Virus record (IMG/VR): IMGVR_UViG_2908959467_000003
Location: 1 to 50,755 of that record
Strand: one strand, 5' to 3'
DNA length: 50,755 bases
Source: a virus
Taxonomy: Duplodnaviria > Heunggongvirae > Uroviricota > Caudoviricetes
Part shown: positions 41,557-50,527 of the stretch, one piece after another
Layout: each line of letters opens with the position of its first letter
Numbering within the stretch: position 1 is the stretch's first letter
Translations under genes and position numbers: made by a program
Notes under the pieces: generated by a model
Seen by the model: the letters and a program-made list of their open reading frames with translations, nothing else
Database searches by the model: none
Told to the model about the DNA's origin: nothing

Positions 41557-42486
41557 ATCCAGCATGAAACAAATATGGTGAGTAATTTGATACTGTTTGT
41601 TTTTTGGCAACCCAGGGAAATGCCTTACAGTTGGTTGACTATTGTAATAATAATAGTTAAGACCAATGTTGCTGCCAAACTGGGTTGGATGTTGGGGAAC
41701 AAGATTTGTAATTTGATCTGAAACATCTAAAAATTTTGCAGTAACATTTGAACTTCCTCGTTGCGTGTTGCTTGATACAAAATGACGAATCCAAACTGTA
41801 TTCGCTTGTAAATTCTTGAACACCAAATGTGCGGCAACAGCAGAAGGTTGACCACCTCCAAGATCTAGTACCTGGCCAGTAATTGTATAATCGCCAAATC
41901 CTAAGTAATTTTGTCCCACGAATTGATGTGCGTGCGTGAAAAGTTCCGGCCCATTATAATCAGCATTTTTTGCTAACTTTCTAAAGTTATCGCTAATAAT
42001 AATTAACTTCGACAAAGGAAGAAGAGCGCACTGATTAGGAAGCATTTTATTATTTAAAACAACATGATAACTAATCAATTGATTTGTCGCCAACAACTGA
42101 ATATCAGAGTTGGATAATGATGGATTATCATATAGAAGTGCAACTCGTCTATTTAAGTTAGCATTCAACCAATTATTAATATCATTAATCGTTGTATTGG
42201 GCTGAATAAGATATCCAGAGATGATATTGTTTTTATTTGTTAATACACTTGATAAATTTTGATTTAAAGTTAAGACGTTATTGTGTGAAGAAAAATCTTC
42301 CTGATAAGGATTAAGGATAACAATTATGTCAGAATTCCAAACATTTAAACATGTTAATAAATTTCTCGTATTGACGTTAATTGGTTCTAAAATTGGTAGC
42401 AGACCATTTAGGCTAACTCCCTTCGCAACGAGGTCCCTAAGGCATAATAACTCTGTACTTCTCGCATACAAATATGGGCTATACAT
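41536..42486 (-). CDS. Cargo protein B (316 aa), unknown function; second gene of an AT-rich two-gene operon
   Basis: N/S/L-rich low-GC ORF, 21 nt after gene A; no recognised motif; 3' end overlaps the convergent int by 21 bp. Confidence 0.6.
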   Translation of the reverse strand: MYSPYLYARSTELLCLRDLVAKGVSLNGLLPILEPINVNTRNLLTCLNVWNSDIIVILNPYQEDFSSHNNVLTLNQNLSSVLTNKNNIISGYLIQPNTTINDINNWLNANLNRRVALLYDNPSLSNSDIQLLATNQLISYHVVLNNKMLPNQCALLPLSKLIIISDNFRKLAKNADYNGPELFTHAHQFVGQNYLGFGDYTITGQVLDLGGGQPSAVAAHLVFKNLQANTVWIRHFVSSNTQRGSSNVTAKFLDVSDQITNLVPQHPTQFGSNIGLNYYYYNSQPTVRHFPGLPKNKQYQITHHICFMLDLIAGRI

Positions 42487-42507
42487 AACTTACAACTCCT
42501 GAGGATA

Positions 42508-43389
42508 TCAACAAATTTTAATTTTTACATCCATCAAATTCATGATGAATTCTTTTTGCTTTCTTGATAATGGTGTTGCATAACCTAAAACACGTAAACA
42601 TGCTGGAAGAGAATAAATATAATCCAAAAAAACTTTGTCGTTACATCTTTTTTTCATAGCAGAGATAAAGTATTTATTTGCTATGTTTAATGGCATCTGC
42701 ATGAATATCTCTTTACAATATTCATAAACCAATCCATTAGGCATATTTATTTTAGTTGAAGTGTAATCTTCTATTATAGCTAAGAACTCTTCCTTTCTAA
42801 GAACTGAAAACAAGCTGTCACTTTTAATATAATCAATATTTGAATCTGCCTCCTTAATGACACTCAATTGATCTTTTTTATTCAAAACCATAACTCCCAC
42901 TCTGGGGAGATTTAAAGCACAATATTTACTTGCATACTCTGGATGTGTAACTATATACACTTTATCAAAAACATCCAAATAATCAGGGGCTTGAGTAATC
43001 AACCTTTTTGGTGAATCATACTCTGTCTTAATCTCGTAAGCTGTAGACGTACCATTAAACACCGCAACATCCACTATAGAGTTTTTAATTGGTAACTCTA
43101 TGGACGACGAACTTGTTTTTGGGCTGTGCTTACCGAATATTATTTTATTGACAAGTGCTGTCTTATAAACATATTCATTTCTATAATTCAGACGCAAAAA
43201 ATCATATAATGATGTAAATAAATCCCTTAGTGAAATCTCATGTTCATTATTATCATTGTTTGAAAACAGTGTTTCATAGCAGTAAGAATCAAAACTCCCA
43301 AATAAATCCGAAATATCCTTACCTTTTGCTAAGGATGAAAAAATGGGGCGACGGAAAAATTTAGCATATTCCTTTTTATTATGACTCAT
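42508..43389 (-). CDS. Cargo protein A (293 aa), putative PD-(D/E)xK nuclease-fold protein
   Basis: ..SIELPIKNSIVDVAVFNGTSTAYEIKTEYD.. gives the E / hydrophobic-D / E-x-K arrangement; AT-rich. Confidence 0.6.
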   Translation of the reverse strand: MSHNKKEYAKFFRRPIFSSLAKGKDISDLFGSFDSYCYETLFSNNDNNEHEISLRDLFTSLYDFLRLNYRNEYVYKTALVNKIIFGKHSPKTSSSSIELPIKNSIVDVAVFNGTSTAYEIKTEYDSPKRLITQAPDYLDVFDKVYIVTHPEYASKYCALNLPRVGVMVLNKKDQLSVIKEADSNIDYIKSDSLFSVLRKEEFLAIIEDYTSTKINMPNGLVYEYCKEIFMQMPLNIANKYFISAMKKRCNDKVFLDYIYSLPACLRVLGYATPLSRKQKEFIMNLMDVKIKIC

Positions 43390-44069
43390 TACTCATACTC
43401 TATAAACATCATGCAATTTGATAAGTTATGACGAATTCTCACCATCCAGTTACTACCTGTACATACTAATCAAAAAAAACGAGTACGCAAGATACGAAAG
43501 TACTTTTCTTGTTCACCAGTTAGCTTACCTTGATCCTCACCAGCGACTGGAAGATAGGTAGCAGTATATGTGGAAACCTTCCCCTAGCTAGGTCTACAAA
43601 CGTAGTTTGGGCATTTAGGCTCCACGATTCACGGTTTGACACGGCCTGATATCTGCACATTCGTTTTGATATGCAGCAATCGTGAAAAAGGGAAAATATA
43701 CGCTCGACAGACCAAAACGGCACTACACCGCACCCGCCTGCGGTTTTCATATCACTAAAAATTTTCAGCCTGGATTTTTTACAAACGATACCGCCAGTCC
43801 GTGCCAGTCCTCGAGATGTACTGCGATACAGGAACTGAAAAGAATGAAAAGAAATTCATTTTTTTTCAGTTTTACTGTCCGTCGAATCTATGGCCTGAAT
43901 ACGCAACTCTATGATATTAAATGGATAATTAATTTTAGGTGTGTGATTTTATGAAGGTTTGTGAAACATGAAGAAGATAACCAGTTGAAAAATAATAATT
44001 TTATGACCGTATAAACTGAAATCCTGTGTTCAGGTTCCGGGAACAGATCGGCCATTCCCGACGCATACT

Positions 44070-44342
44070 TTACCCATTCTTTTGCGCAGCCAGCAGCAAC
44101 TTTAAAGCCTTTTCCCGTTCCTCGGGTGGAATTGCATCAATCAGCTCTTTAACCCTTCCCTGCCCGTTCAGCGCGCTTGGACTAACGGAATGGGAGAAAG
44201 CAACATTCATCACAAACGAGTGACCGCACTCCACATTAGAGCAATAGCAGTACACATCGTACAGTTGTGGGTGTTTCCTGTTTGTTTTACCTATCCGTGC
44301 TACTGCCTGACATGTGGGGCAGTACATTCTCATCATCTTCAT
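44070..44342 (-). CDS. ogr: Ogr/Delta-family zinc-finger late-gene activator (90 aa; start may be an internal Met)
   Basis: C-x2-C...C-x4-C pattern (MYCPTCQ..CYCSNVEC) as in P2 Ogr / P4 Delta. Confidence 0.7.
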   Translation of the reverse strand: MKMMRMYCPTCQAVARIGKTNRKHPQLYDVYCYCSNVECGHSFVMNVAFSHSVSPSALNGQGRVKELIDAIPPEEREKALKLLLAAQKNG

Positions 44343-44408
44343 CGTTCTGTGCCCTATACTGTTGCCCGCCAGAAGAAGGGATTTGGATCCCTACCTCTTG
44401 TTCTGAAC

Positions 44409-44598
44409 GTGTAACACTGGTAACACGTGTAACGCTATTGATTTAAAAGGATTTAATCTGTTACCAGTTAGCAAAATCAAGAGGTAACGCGTGGTAACAC
44501 ACCATTTTTTGTTACCTCTGTTACCAGTCAGTATTTTTGACTGGTAACACTGAAGAACCGCATCAGTAACGGGTGTTACCTCTGTTACCAGTGTTACC
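44409..44598. repeat. Iteron cluster: at least 12 copies of (G)GTAACAC / GTGTTACC in about 190 bp, P4 crr/ori-like
   Basis: Repeats read directly; motif TGTTACC is one base from the recalled P4 alpha-binding octamer TGTTCACC. Confidence 0.65.
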
Positions 44599-44624
44599 TC
44601 ATAAAAATAAGACTCACGCGATAA

Positions 44625-47312
44625 TCACTCAGGTTCAGCGCTTCCCAGTACCTGTGTATTGAACTGGTACACACGTTTAAGCCCTATTTCTGGCAGGCGA
44701 ATGCTGTTTTGCGTCCGGCCATCTTCACCGGGTTTCAGCCAGCCCGCGTCCACACACAACCTGGCCACCTTACGCGAGTCAAATCCCTTACAGATCTCCT
44801 TCCAGCCTGACGGGAGAACGTAGAACGTCACAACCGGCTCTGTCACGTTGTCTCCTTTATCGACTTTTCTGAATCCCATCATTGAAACAGGCCGGTTCCT
44901 GTCGTCATTCCAGTCAGCAAACCGACTGAACTGATTACGCGTCATGAAGTCCCGAACCTGTTCAAGTGCCGCTTTATCTTCCTGATTAGCTGTATGGCCC
45001 CGGTCAGCCATCCATGCAGCCAGACAGCTTTGAGCGGCACGAAAGGCCTCTCCCTCCGGCCATCCTGTGATGCCCGCTTTTGTGGCCAGCTCCCCGGCCA
45101 TCGCAACCAGAGCAAAACGGGTAACAGCCCGGCCAACCTGATTCCCGGCATTTTCCGGCGTCAGCCTTCGGGTATACTCTTTCAATAAGGCTTTCGCCTG
45201 ACTGGTCAGTTCCGGCAGATCAGCGGTCAGGCAATACAGCCAGTCGCGGAATGGTGCACCATGATAATGCGCTACGTGCTGCTCAAGATGCTCAGCCAGG
45301 GTTTTCCCGCTACTGAAGCCATGAAGTTCTTCAAACACGCCATACTTGCCCGAATCGCTTGGGATCTGGATCATTCTGACCTCAACCCCGGCATACGTAC
45401 GTTCCCCGGCGCTTGCCGCATGCTCTACCAGTGACAGTTCCCCGGTAGACAGAAACAACAGATTCCAGCGGTTGGTTTCCCTTACCGAACCATCTGTTCT
45501 GGCTCTGGCTTTGCCCTGCCCGTTAGCCAGCATATAAGCGATATTCCCCGCCTCCCTGCCGTCAACCTCCCGGATTTCATCCAGCATCAGCGTGGCATCA
45601 TTGCGGCGGCTCGCCGTTCCTTCTAAGGCATTCCCCGTCGCCCGCCACGTATGCCAGAAATCTGTTCCACCACATACTGATGCAGCCACTTTCATCGTCG
45701 TGGTTTTACCGTCTGTGGATTCCCCTTTGAGGTGATAACCTCCACCGCCGATACCAACCAGTTTCAGAAGGGGGGCAGCAAATGCCAGACTCACCGCAAA
45801 GGCAAGACGGGCATTCTTTATGCAATAACGGCCTATATTTTCACGCCAGCCCTCTGATGTGCCGCTGACACGAAAATCACGCCCCTGCACACTCGATGTT
45901 TGTAAGATGACTGACTGGGCTTCGCGCCCTATCACTTCATCCTGGAGAACGTAAACCCCGCCGTGCCAGCCAGTTTTATTCACACAGGTTACTTTTCTGT
46001 CCGGTTTACACAGCGAGATATATTCCATCAGGAATGCTCTGGCCATGCCATTAATGTTGATGTAAGAAAGCCCGTTAACCAGCAGAACGCGGCGCAGTTC
46101 TTCCCCGCTACCGCCCAGCATCTCCATCGGCATTGCCCATTTACGGCTGTTTCCGTTGGTATCTTCCCATTCCAGCAAACGCCCGTAATTACTTCCATCA
46201 GCATCACTGGTGATTGCCGTCACCCGCAACGGACTGCAAATTTTGATATTACGTATCTCTGTATCACCATCAGACTTATTAACCAGCTTGTCGTACCACA
46301 AATATTCTTTTGTCAGCCGGAACCCTTCTGGTAAACGGGTCTGCCCTTTGCCATGCAGCGTCATTTCTTCACGAAAGGCATCTCTCGCCCGTTCTTTCCC
46401 CACTTCCTGCCGATAATCATCCCAGTCAGCCTTATGGCGTACCGGAGGGAGCGTTACCCAGCCATCCACCGCTTTGGCGGCTTTCTCTGCCTGAATACGC
46501 CCGGTGTTTTCTTTGCCGTCAGCCAGATCATTATCTCCGGCCAGAATGATCCGAGTTTCCGGCCAGCGTTTTCGGATCTGCTCCGTCACCTTCAGTAAAT
46601 TGGTGGCAGCGACAGCCGCCACGATCCATCCTTCAGTCAGCAGACTGACGGTAAGCGCCGTGGCAAAACCCTCAGTGATAATCACCTGTTCAGGTGTTTC
46701 AGCGGGTATATCGGTCAGGGCAATGAATGCGCCAGACAGCTGGCTACCGGGCAGCAGACTTTTATCCCCGTCAGGATTGATAAGCTGGCCACCAGTAATA
46801 TTCCCGGAAATATCCGTCAAAGGCAGCAGTAATGAACCGGTGGAAAATGTTATTCCGGCCAGATTCAAAGGCTGTGACAGCAAGGGAAGTGAATACCCGT
46901 GTAAGCCCTTATTTGTCAGATAGACCGGCTCACCATTGCAGGACTGCTGTCTGAGTCTGGTATATCGCTCCGCGCCCGCTTCTTTTCCTGCGGCCTTTTT
47001 CCTGGCTGGCAATGCGGGCTTCTCCTGTATTTCTGGTAATGCAAGCGCCTCAGATACCATCCCGGCGACTTCTTTTATCTTTCTTCCTGTCACCAGACGA
47101 ACCAGATCAAGACCATCGCCATGACCGCACTGATTACAAAACCACGTCCCTCGCCCCGCTTTATCGTCCAGTCGAAAACGATCTTTTCCACCACAGGCAG
47201 GGCAAGCCCCATGATGTCCTGCGGACGGTACTTTAATACCTAATGCTGACAGGATATAAGGCCAGCGCCCAATTGCAGCTCCGGAAATCGTGGATACAGA
47301 CGGTGTTTTCAC
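44625..47312 (-). CDS. Primase-helicase, P4 alpha-type (895 aa)
   Basis: N-terminal zinc-binding primase motif (CPACGGKDRFRLDD..WFCNQCGHGDG), central P-loop (GESTDGKTTT). Confidence 0.85.
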   Translation of the reverse strand: MKTPSVSTISGAAIGRWPYILSALGIKVPSAGHHGACPACGGKDRFRLDDKAGRGTWFCNQCGHGDGLDLVRLVTGRKIKEVAGMVSEALALPEIQEKPALPARKKAAGKEAGAERYTRLRQQSCNGEPVYLTNKGLHGYSLPLLSQPLNLAGITFSTGSLLLPLTDISGNITGGQLINPDGDKSLLPGSQLSGAFIALTDIPAETPEQVIITEGFATALTVSLLTEGWIVAAVAATNLLKVTEQIRKRWPETRIILAGDNDLADGKENTGRIQAEKAAKAVDGWVTLPPVRHKADWDDYRQEVGKERARDAFREEMTLHGKGQTRLPEGFRLTKEYLWYDKLVNKSDGDTEIRNIKICSPLRVTAITSDADGSNYGRLLEWEDTNGNSRKWAMPMEMLGGSGEELRRVLLVNGLSYININGMARAFLMEYISLCKPDRKVTCVNKTGWHGGVYVLQDEVIGREAQSVILQTSSVQGRDFRVSGTSEGWRENIGRYCIKNARLAFAVSLAFAAPLLKLVGIGGGGYHLKGESTDGKTTTMKVAASVCGGTDFWHTWRATGNALEGTASRRNDATLMLDEIREVDGREAGNIAYMLANGQGKARARTDGSVRETNRWNLLFLSTGELSLVEHAASAGERTYAGVEVRMIQIPSDSGKYGVFEELHGFSSGKTLAEHLEQHVAHYHGAPFRDWLYCLTADLPELTSQAKALLKEYTRRLTPENAGNQVGRAVTRFALVAMAGELATKAGITGWPEGEAFRAAQSCLAAWMADRGHTANQEDKAALEQVRDFMTRNQFSRFADWNDDRNRPVSMMGFRKVDKGDNVTEPVVTFYVLPSGWKEICKGFDSRKVARLCVDAGWLKPGEDGRTQNSIRLPEIGLKRVYQFNTQVLGSAEPE

Positions 47313-47719
47313 AGCAGCACCTCCTGACCTTCCGGCTTCACAAATTCAAAACCTTCGGGTAGTTCGCCATCAGGTGCTCCGAAAATAATATCCCGGTAAA
47401 CCTCACGCATCTCTGTGACACCAAAAACTGACAGGCGAATATTTTCTGACATAAAGCCTGGTTTAAGCATTTTTTCCAGTTTCTCTGCGGCCAGTATGCA
47501 ACCAGCATCAGCCCCAAACTCATTCACCCACGGCATTTCAATATGGTAAATAATATTACTCACCACTTTTTCGTGGGAGAGTTCTATTCGTTCGCCATCT
47601 TCAATATAAACAGGTTCATTATGAACACGCACCATTAAGGAAATGAATGCATCAGCAATGTAGTAGCGTAAGACTGCTGTTCGTAAAGCATGCGCCTTTA
47701 AATTTTGATTATTATTCAT
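47309..47719 (-). CDS. Hypothetical protein (136 aa) upstream of the primase
   Basis: Overlaps primase start; position analogous to P4 epsilon/orf151. Confidence 0.45.
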   Translation of the reverse strand: MNNNQNLKAHALRTAVLRYYIADAFISLMVRVHNEPVYIEDGERIELSHEKVVSNIIYHIEMPWVNEFGADAGCILAAEKLEKMLKPGFMSENIRLSVFGVTEMREVYRDIIFGAPDGELPEGFEFVKPEGQEVLL

Positions 47720-47948
47720 CGCGCATCACTCCCTTAATTGTGCTGGTTTCCTTAACAACGCCATCCAGTTGTTCGGCAATACAGGCCACTAAAGCCGCAG
47801 CGCCTTCCGCTGAAACAGTTCTCGCTCCATTCACTGTGGGCACGGACAAGACCTCTGCAAGAAACTCACTGGCCAGTGCCGCCCGTAACAGACGACTCTC
47901 CCCCTGTTCACTCAATATGCAGCCTTGCTTAAAATTCATGGATTTCAT
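47712..47948 (-). CDS. Hypothetical protein (78 aa)
   Basis: Operon member; no motif. Confidence 0.4.
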   Translation of the reverse strand: MKSMNFKQGCILSEQGESRLLRAALASEFLAEVLSVPTVNGARTVSAEGAAALVACIAEQLDGVVKETSTIKGVMRDE

Positions 47949-48148
47949 GCAACCACCTCCCCGGCTCTTTTCACAGGGATACGGGCAGCAAAGCTCAGGA
48001 TAAATTCAGTGGCAAGTTTAAGGCGTGCAGCATGCTCGCATTCTGCGATTACACGCACAGGGCGTGGACGGGCATCACGGTCTGTACGGCGGACAGCCAG
48101 AAAGACAAAGGTAAATTCAGGGTGAGATAAAGCAGGGACTGTAGCCAT
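47945..48148 (-). CDS. Small hypothetical protein (67 aa), first gene of the alpha operon
   Basis: ATG at 48148 with GAAGGAGG RBS; the longer track ORF to 48535 is an unsupported extension. Confidence 0.4.
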   Translation of the reverse strand: MATVPALSHPEFTFVFLAVRRTDRDARPRPVRVIAECEHAARLKLATEFILSFAARIPVKRAGEVVA

Positions 48149-48160
48149 AATGGCAACCTC

Positions 48161-48425
48161 CTTCAGATAGCGGGTAACGCTACCACCGGAGTTCCTACGC
48201 TCATGGGTGGTAGCCCAGACGGGGGTAGGAATACCGGCTCTGAAGGATACCGGCCAGCCCGAAAGCTGCCCCGCCTGGACTACCATAATTCTGATGATGT
48301 GGCGTAAAAAATAAAAAAATACAATCAGCCACCACACCATAAATTTTAGGTGAGTCAAAGCTGCGACACAAAAAAACACGCCTGGCGCGTGTAGTATCGC
48401 CTTCAGATAACACGGGTTCCTACGC
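48161..48425 (-). promoter_or_regulatory. Candidate RNA immunity region (P4 seqA/cI/seqC-like) with internal terminator
   Basis: Two direct copies of CTTCAGATA..GTTCCTACGC (48401..48425, 48161..48200) flank a reverse-complement copy (48225..48247); hairpin + U7 at 48370..48392. Confidence 0.4.
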
Positions 48426-48577
48426 CCGGCTGCCGATTTTGCGGCAACCTTTAAACTATATCCCGCGCATTCCTGGTGAGGCAAGAAATTTATAACCGAA
48501 AACTGATCATTGCCTGGATTAATTAACGCTGGCATGCTTAAGCCTCTGCTTAAAAATAGTTCTTCATTTTTCCTGAT

Positions 48578-48608
48578 GCTGTAAACGAGACCCGCCTCTG
48601 AGCGGGTC
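48578..48608 (-). terminator. Hairpin terminator after capsid-like gene
   Basis: Minus-strand GACCCGC-UCAGAG-GCGGGUC followed by UCGUUUAC. Confidence 0.45.
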
Positions 48609-48622
48609 TTTCTGTCGCTAAG

Positions 48623-49627
48623 TCAATCCGCAAACGTCAGGGCGCTCTCATCGACAGCCGCGTACAGTTCAGGTTCACCGAGTGCATAACCTTCATTGCG
48701 CAGGTAGGAATGCACGTATTCACTGCTTTCATCATCAAACTCAGCACGAAACCAGCGTGTTATCGCCTGAGTGTAAATATGCAGATTATCCAGCGTCGTT
48801 ACTGCCAGACGCTTACCCGGCATAAACGGGGGAATAAACGCAAAGCGGCCAGCAACAGAACTTGTAGCCATCTGTGCCGCATTCACATCAGACGGGCGGT
48901 CTGCGGCATTAAATAACTTCAGGCGTTGATGTGCTGCCAGCTCTGCCCCAACCAGTACAACCAGACGAGGATCTTCACGAAACTGCTCAGCAATAAGCTC
49001 TGTAATCAGATGGTTGGCCAGAGCATCAATATTTTTCCAGGTGCCAGTCTCTCCCAGAGTGACAGGCTCAGAGATGATTTGCTTTCCGTTCCCGTAGGCT
49101 TTCGCCAGTGCATGCCAGCCAATATTGACATCCTCGCCTTTTTTATTGATTTCCGGGTTTGTAGTATTTGCAATCGACACACCATTGAAACCGACCCGCA
49201 GCATGTCCAGCGCATATGCCTGGGCAAAAAAGCTCTCAACCGTTTTCTCAAACTCATCCGGCACGCCGGTATGGTAAATATGAGACATATCGGAATAGCT
49301 GATCCGGGCGCAGGTATCCGTCTCTGTCAGAAAGAACTCCGTACCATTGATTGCCATTTTTTTGTGGAAACGGCCACCATCCACACGTCCGGTATACAGT
49401 TCACTGGCACCAATATTGACGGCATTACCTGACACGGCGTTAACATCACGTAGGGTAATATTTTTAATAAGCCACCCGGATTCCAGAATTGAGGTACGCA
49501 GTATATTTTCAGTAGGTTCGCTTAATGCAAAGCGTCTGTTTGATTCTTCCTGATAGTTAGTGCCAGTGACGAATTTATTATGATAACGACGTGCTGCGTC
49601 CGGCCTTTCAGTTTTGAAGGCATACAT
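48623..49627 (-). CDS. P2 gpN-family major capsid-like protein (334 aa)
   Basis: Blocks alignable to recalled P2 gpN (GFNGV, ..IGW.., DALANHLITELIAEQFREDPRLVVLVG, LDNLHIY); from memory, unverified. Confidence 0.5.
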   Translation of the reverse strand: MYAFKTERPDAARRYHNKFVTGTNYQEESNRRFALSEPTENILRTSILESGWLIKNITLRDVNAVSGNAVNIGASELYTGRVDGGRFHKKMAINGTEFFLTETDTCARISYSDMSHIYHTGVPDEFEKTVESFFAQAYALDMLRVGFNGVSIANTTNPEINKKGEDVNIGWHALAKAYGNGKQIISEPVTLGETGTWKNIDALANHLITELIAEQFREDPRLVVLVGAELAAHQRLKLFNAADRPSDVNAAQMATSSVAGRFAFIPPFMPGKRLAVTTLDNLHIYTQAITRWFRAEFDDESSEYVHSYLRNEGYALGEPELYAAVDESALTFAD

Positions 49628-49649
49628 AGTTTTTCACCTTTTTAAGTAT

Positions 49650-50510
49650 TTAAGAAAAGATTTTATTTTTGTACTCAGTAACCAGATTGTATTTCATTAC
49701 ATGCTCAACATAATCCCGGTCACTTACGACTGAACGTAATACATAATTATCTGCTCGATAGTACTCCCTGTAAGCCATAGCTCTTGCCATTCCACCGTTA
49801 TTTAATACATAACGATCAGTTGGAACGCTACAACGACTAATAATTTCACTCACGGAATCAGATAAAGACTTGAGTGCATCAGTAATAAATTTAATATCAC
49901 GGACAACGTCACTGTCATTAAATACAGAAATAAAATCAGCAGGGATCTGGCCGGATTGAGGAAATATATTCAGTAAACGCTTATCGATTCCCTTCCCAAT
50001 GTAGTTTCCTTCATCGGCCAGTACTCCCGGCAAAAGCTTGATCGTGCTCAATCGACTATGTTGTTCATTCAACCGGGAAACAGCCAGATGGTAATACCGT
50101 TCAGCATCCGCTCGTTCAGCATGCCCCATTTTATTCGTTTTGGCTTCAGCAATGCTACTGACGCCGTTTTTTGAGAATGTGCTTTTCCATGCAACTTCCG
50201 CATTTGTCACTTCACGCTGCCGGAAAGATAACTCTTCCTCTTCCTGACGACACAACTGGGCATAACGGCTCAGGAGCAGGTTGATCTCATTCGCCACAGT
50301 TTCCGTATCAGGTACTGTTAACCCCGTAAGTGAATACAGCTTTTCACCTTTAGCTCGCAGCTTATTCAGTGAATATATTTCAATAATACGCACAATACAG
50401 GCCGTGTCGCTATGAGTCTCTTTAAATGATCTTACTTTGTAACTATCTAACACCGACACATGTTCGTTCTTAATTGATGCCAATTTCTTCTTAAAAACAT
50501 TGTCAACCAT
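49650..50510 (-). CDS. Hypothetical protein (286 aa), AT-rich, unknown function
   Basis: Low-GC ORF between AlpA and the capsid-like gene; no recognised motif. Confidence 0.5.
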   Translation of the reverse strand: MVDNVFKKKLASIKNEHVSVLDSYKVRSFKETHSDTACIVRIIEIYSLNKLRAKGEKLYSLTGLTVPDTETVANEINLLLSRYAQLCRQEEEELSFRQREVTNAEVAWKSTFSKNGVSSIAEAKTNKMGHAERADAERYYHLAVSRLNEQHSRLSTIKLLPGVLADEGNYIGKGIDKRLLNIFPQSGQIPADFISVFNDSDVVRDIKFITDALKSLSDSVSEIISRCSVPTDRYVLNNGGMARAMAYREYYRADNYVLRSVVSDRDYVEHVMKYNLVTEYKNKIFS

Positions 50511-50527
50511 ATATTTGCCACCTCAAT

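Noticed and set aside
43390-44069. P2/P4 cos site or late-promoter dyad in the cargo leader
   Set aside because: The recalled cos sequence GGCGAGGCGGGGAAAGCAC is not present, and no convincing TGT-N12-ACA element was found; only a single TGTTCACC octamer.
44409-44598. Possible CRISPR array
   Set aside because: Repeats are 7-8 bp in both orientations without regular spacers; they are iterons.
47945-48535. 196-aa ORF spanning the non-coding leader of the alpha operon
   Set aside because: Only the last 67 codons have an RBS (GAAGGAGG); the upstream part covers the repeat/terminator region and looks non-coding.
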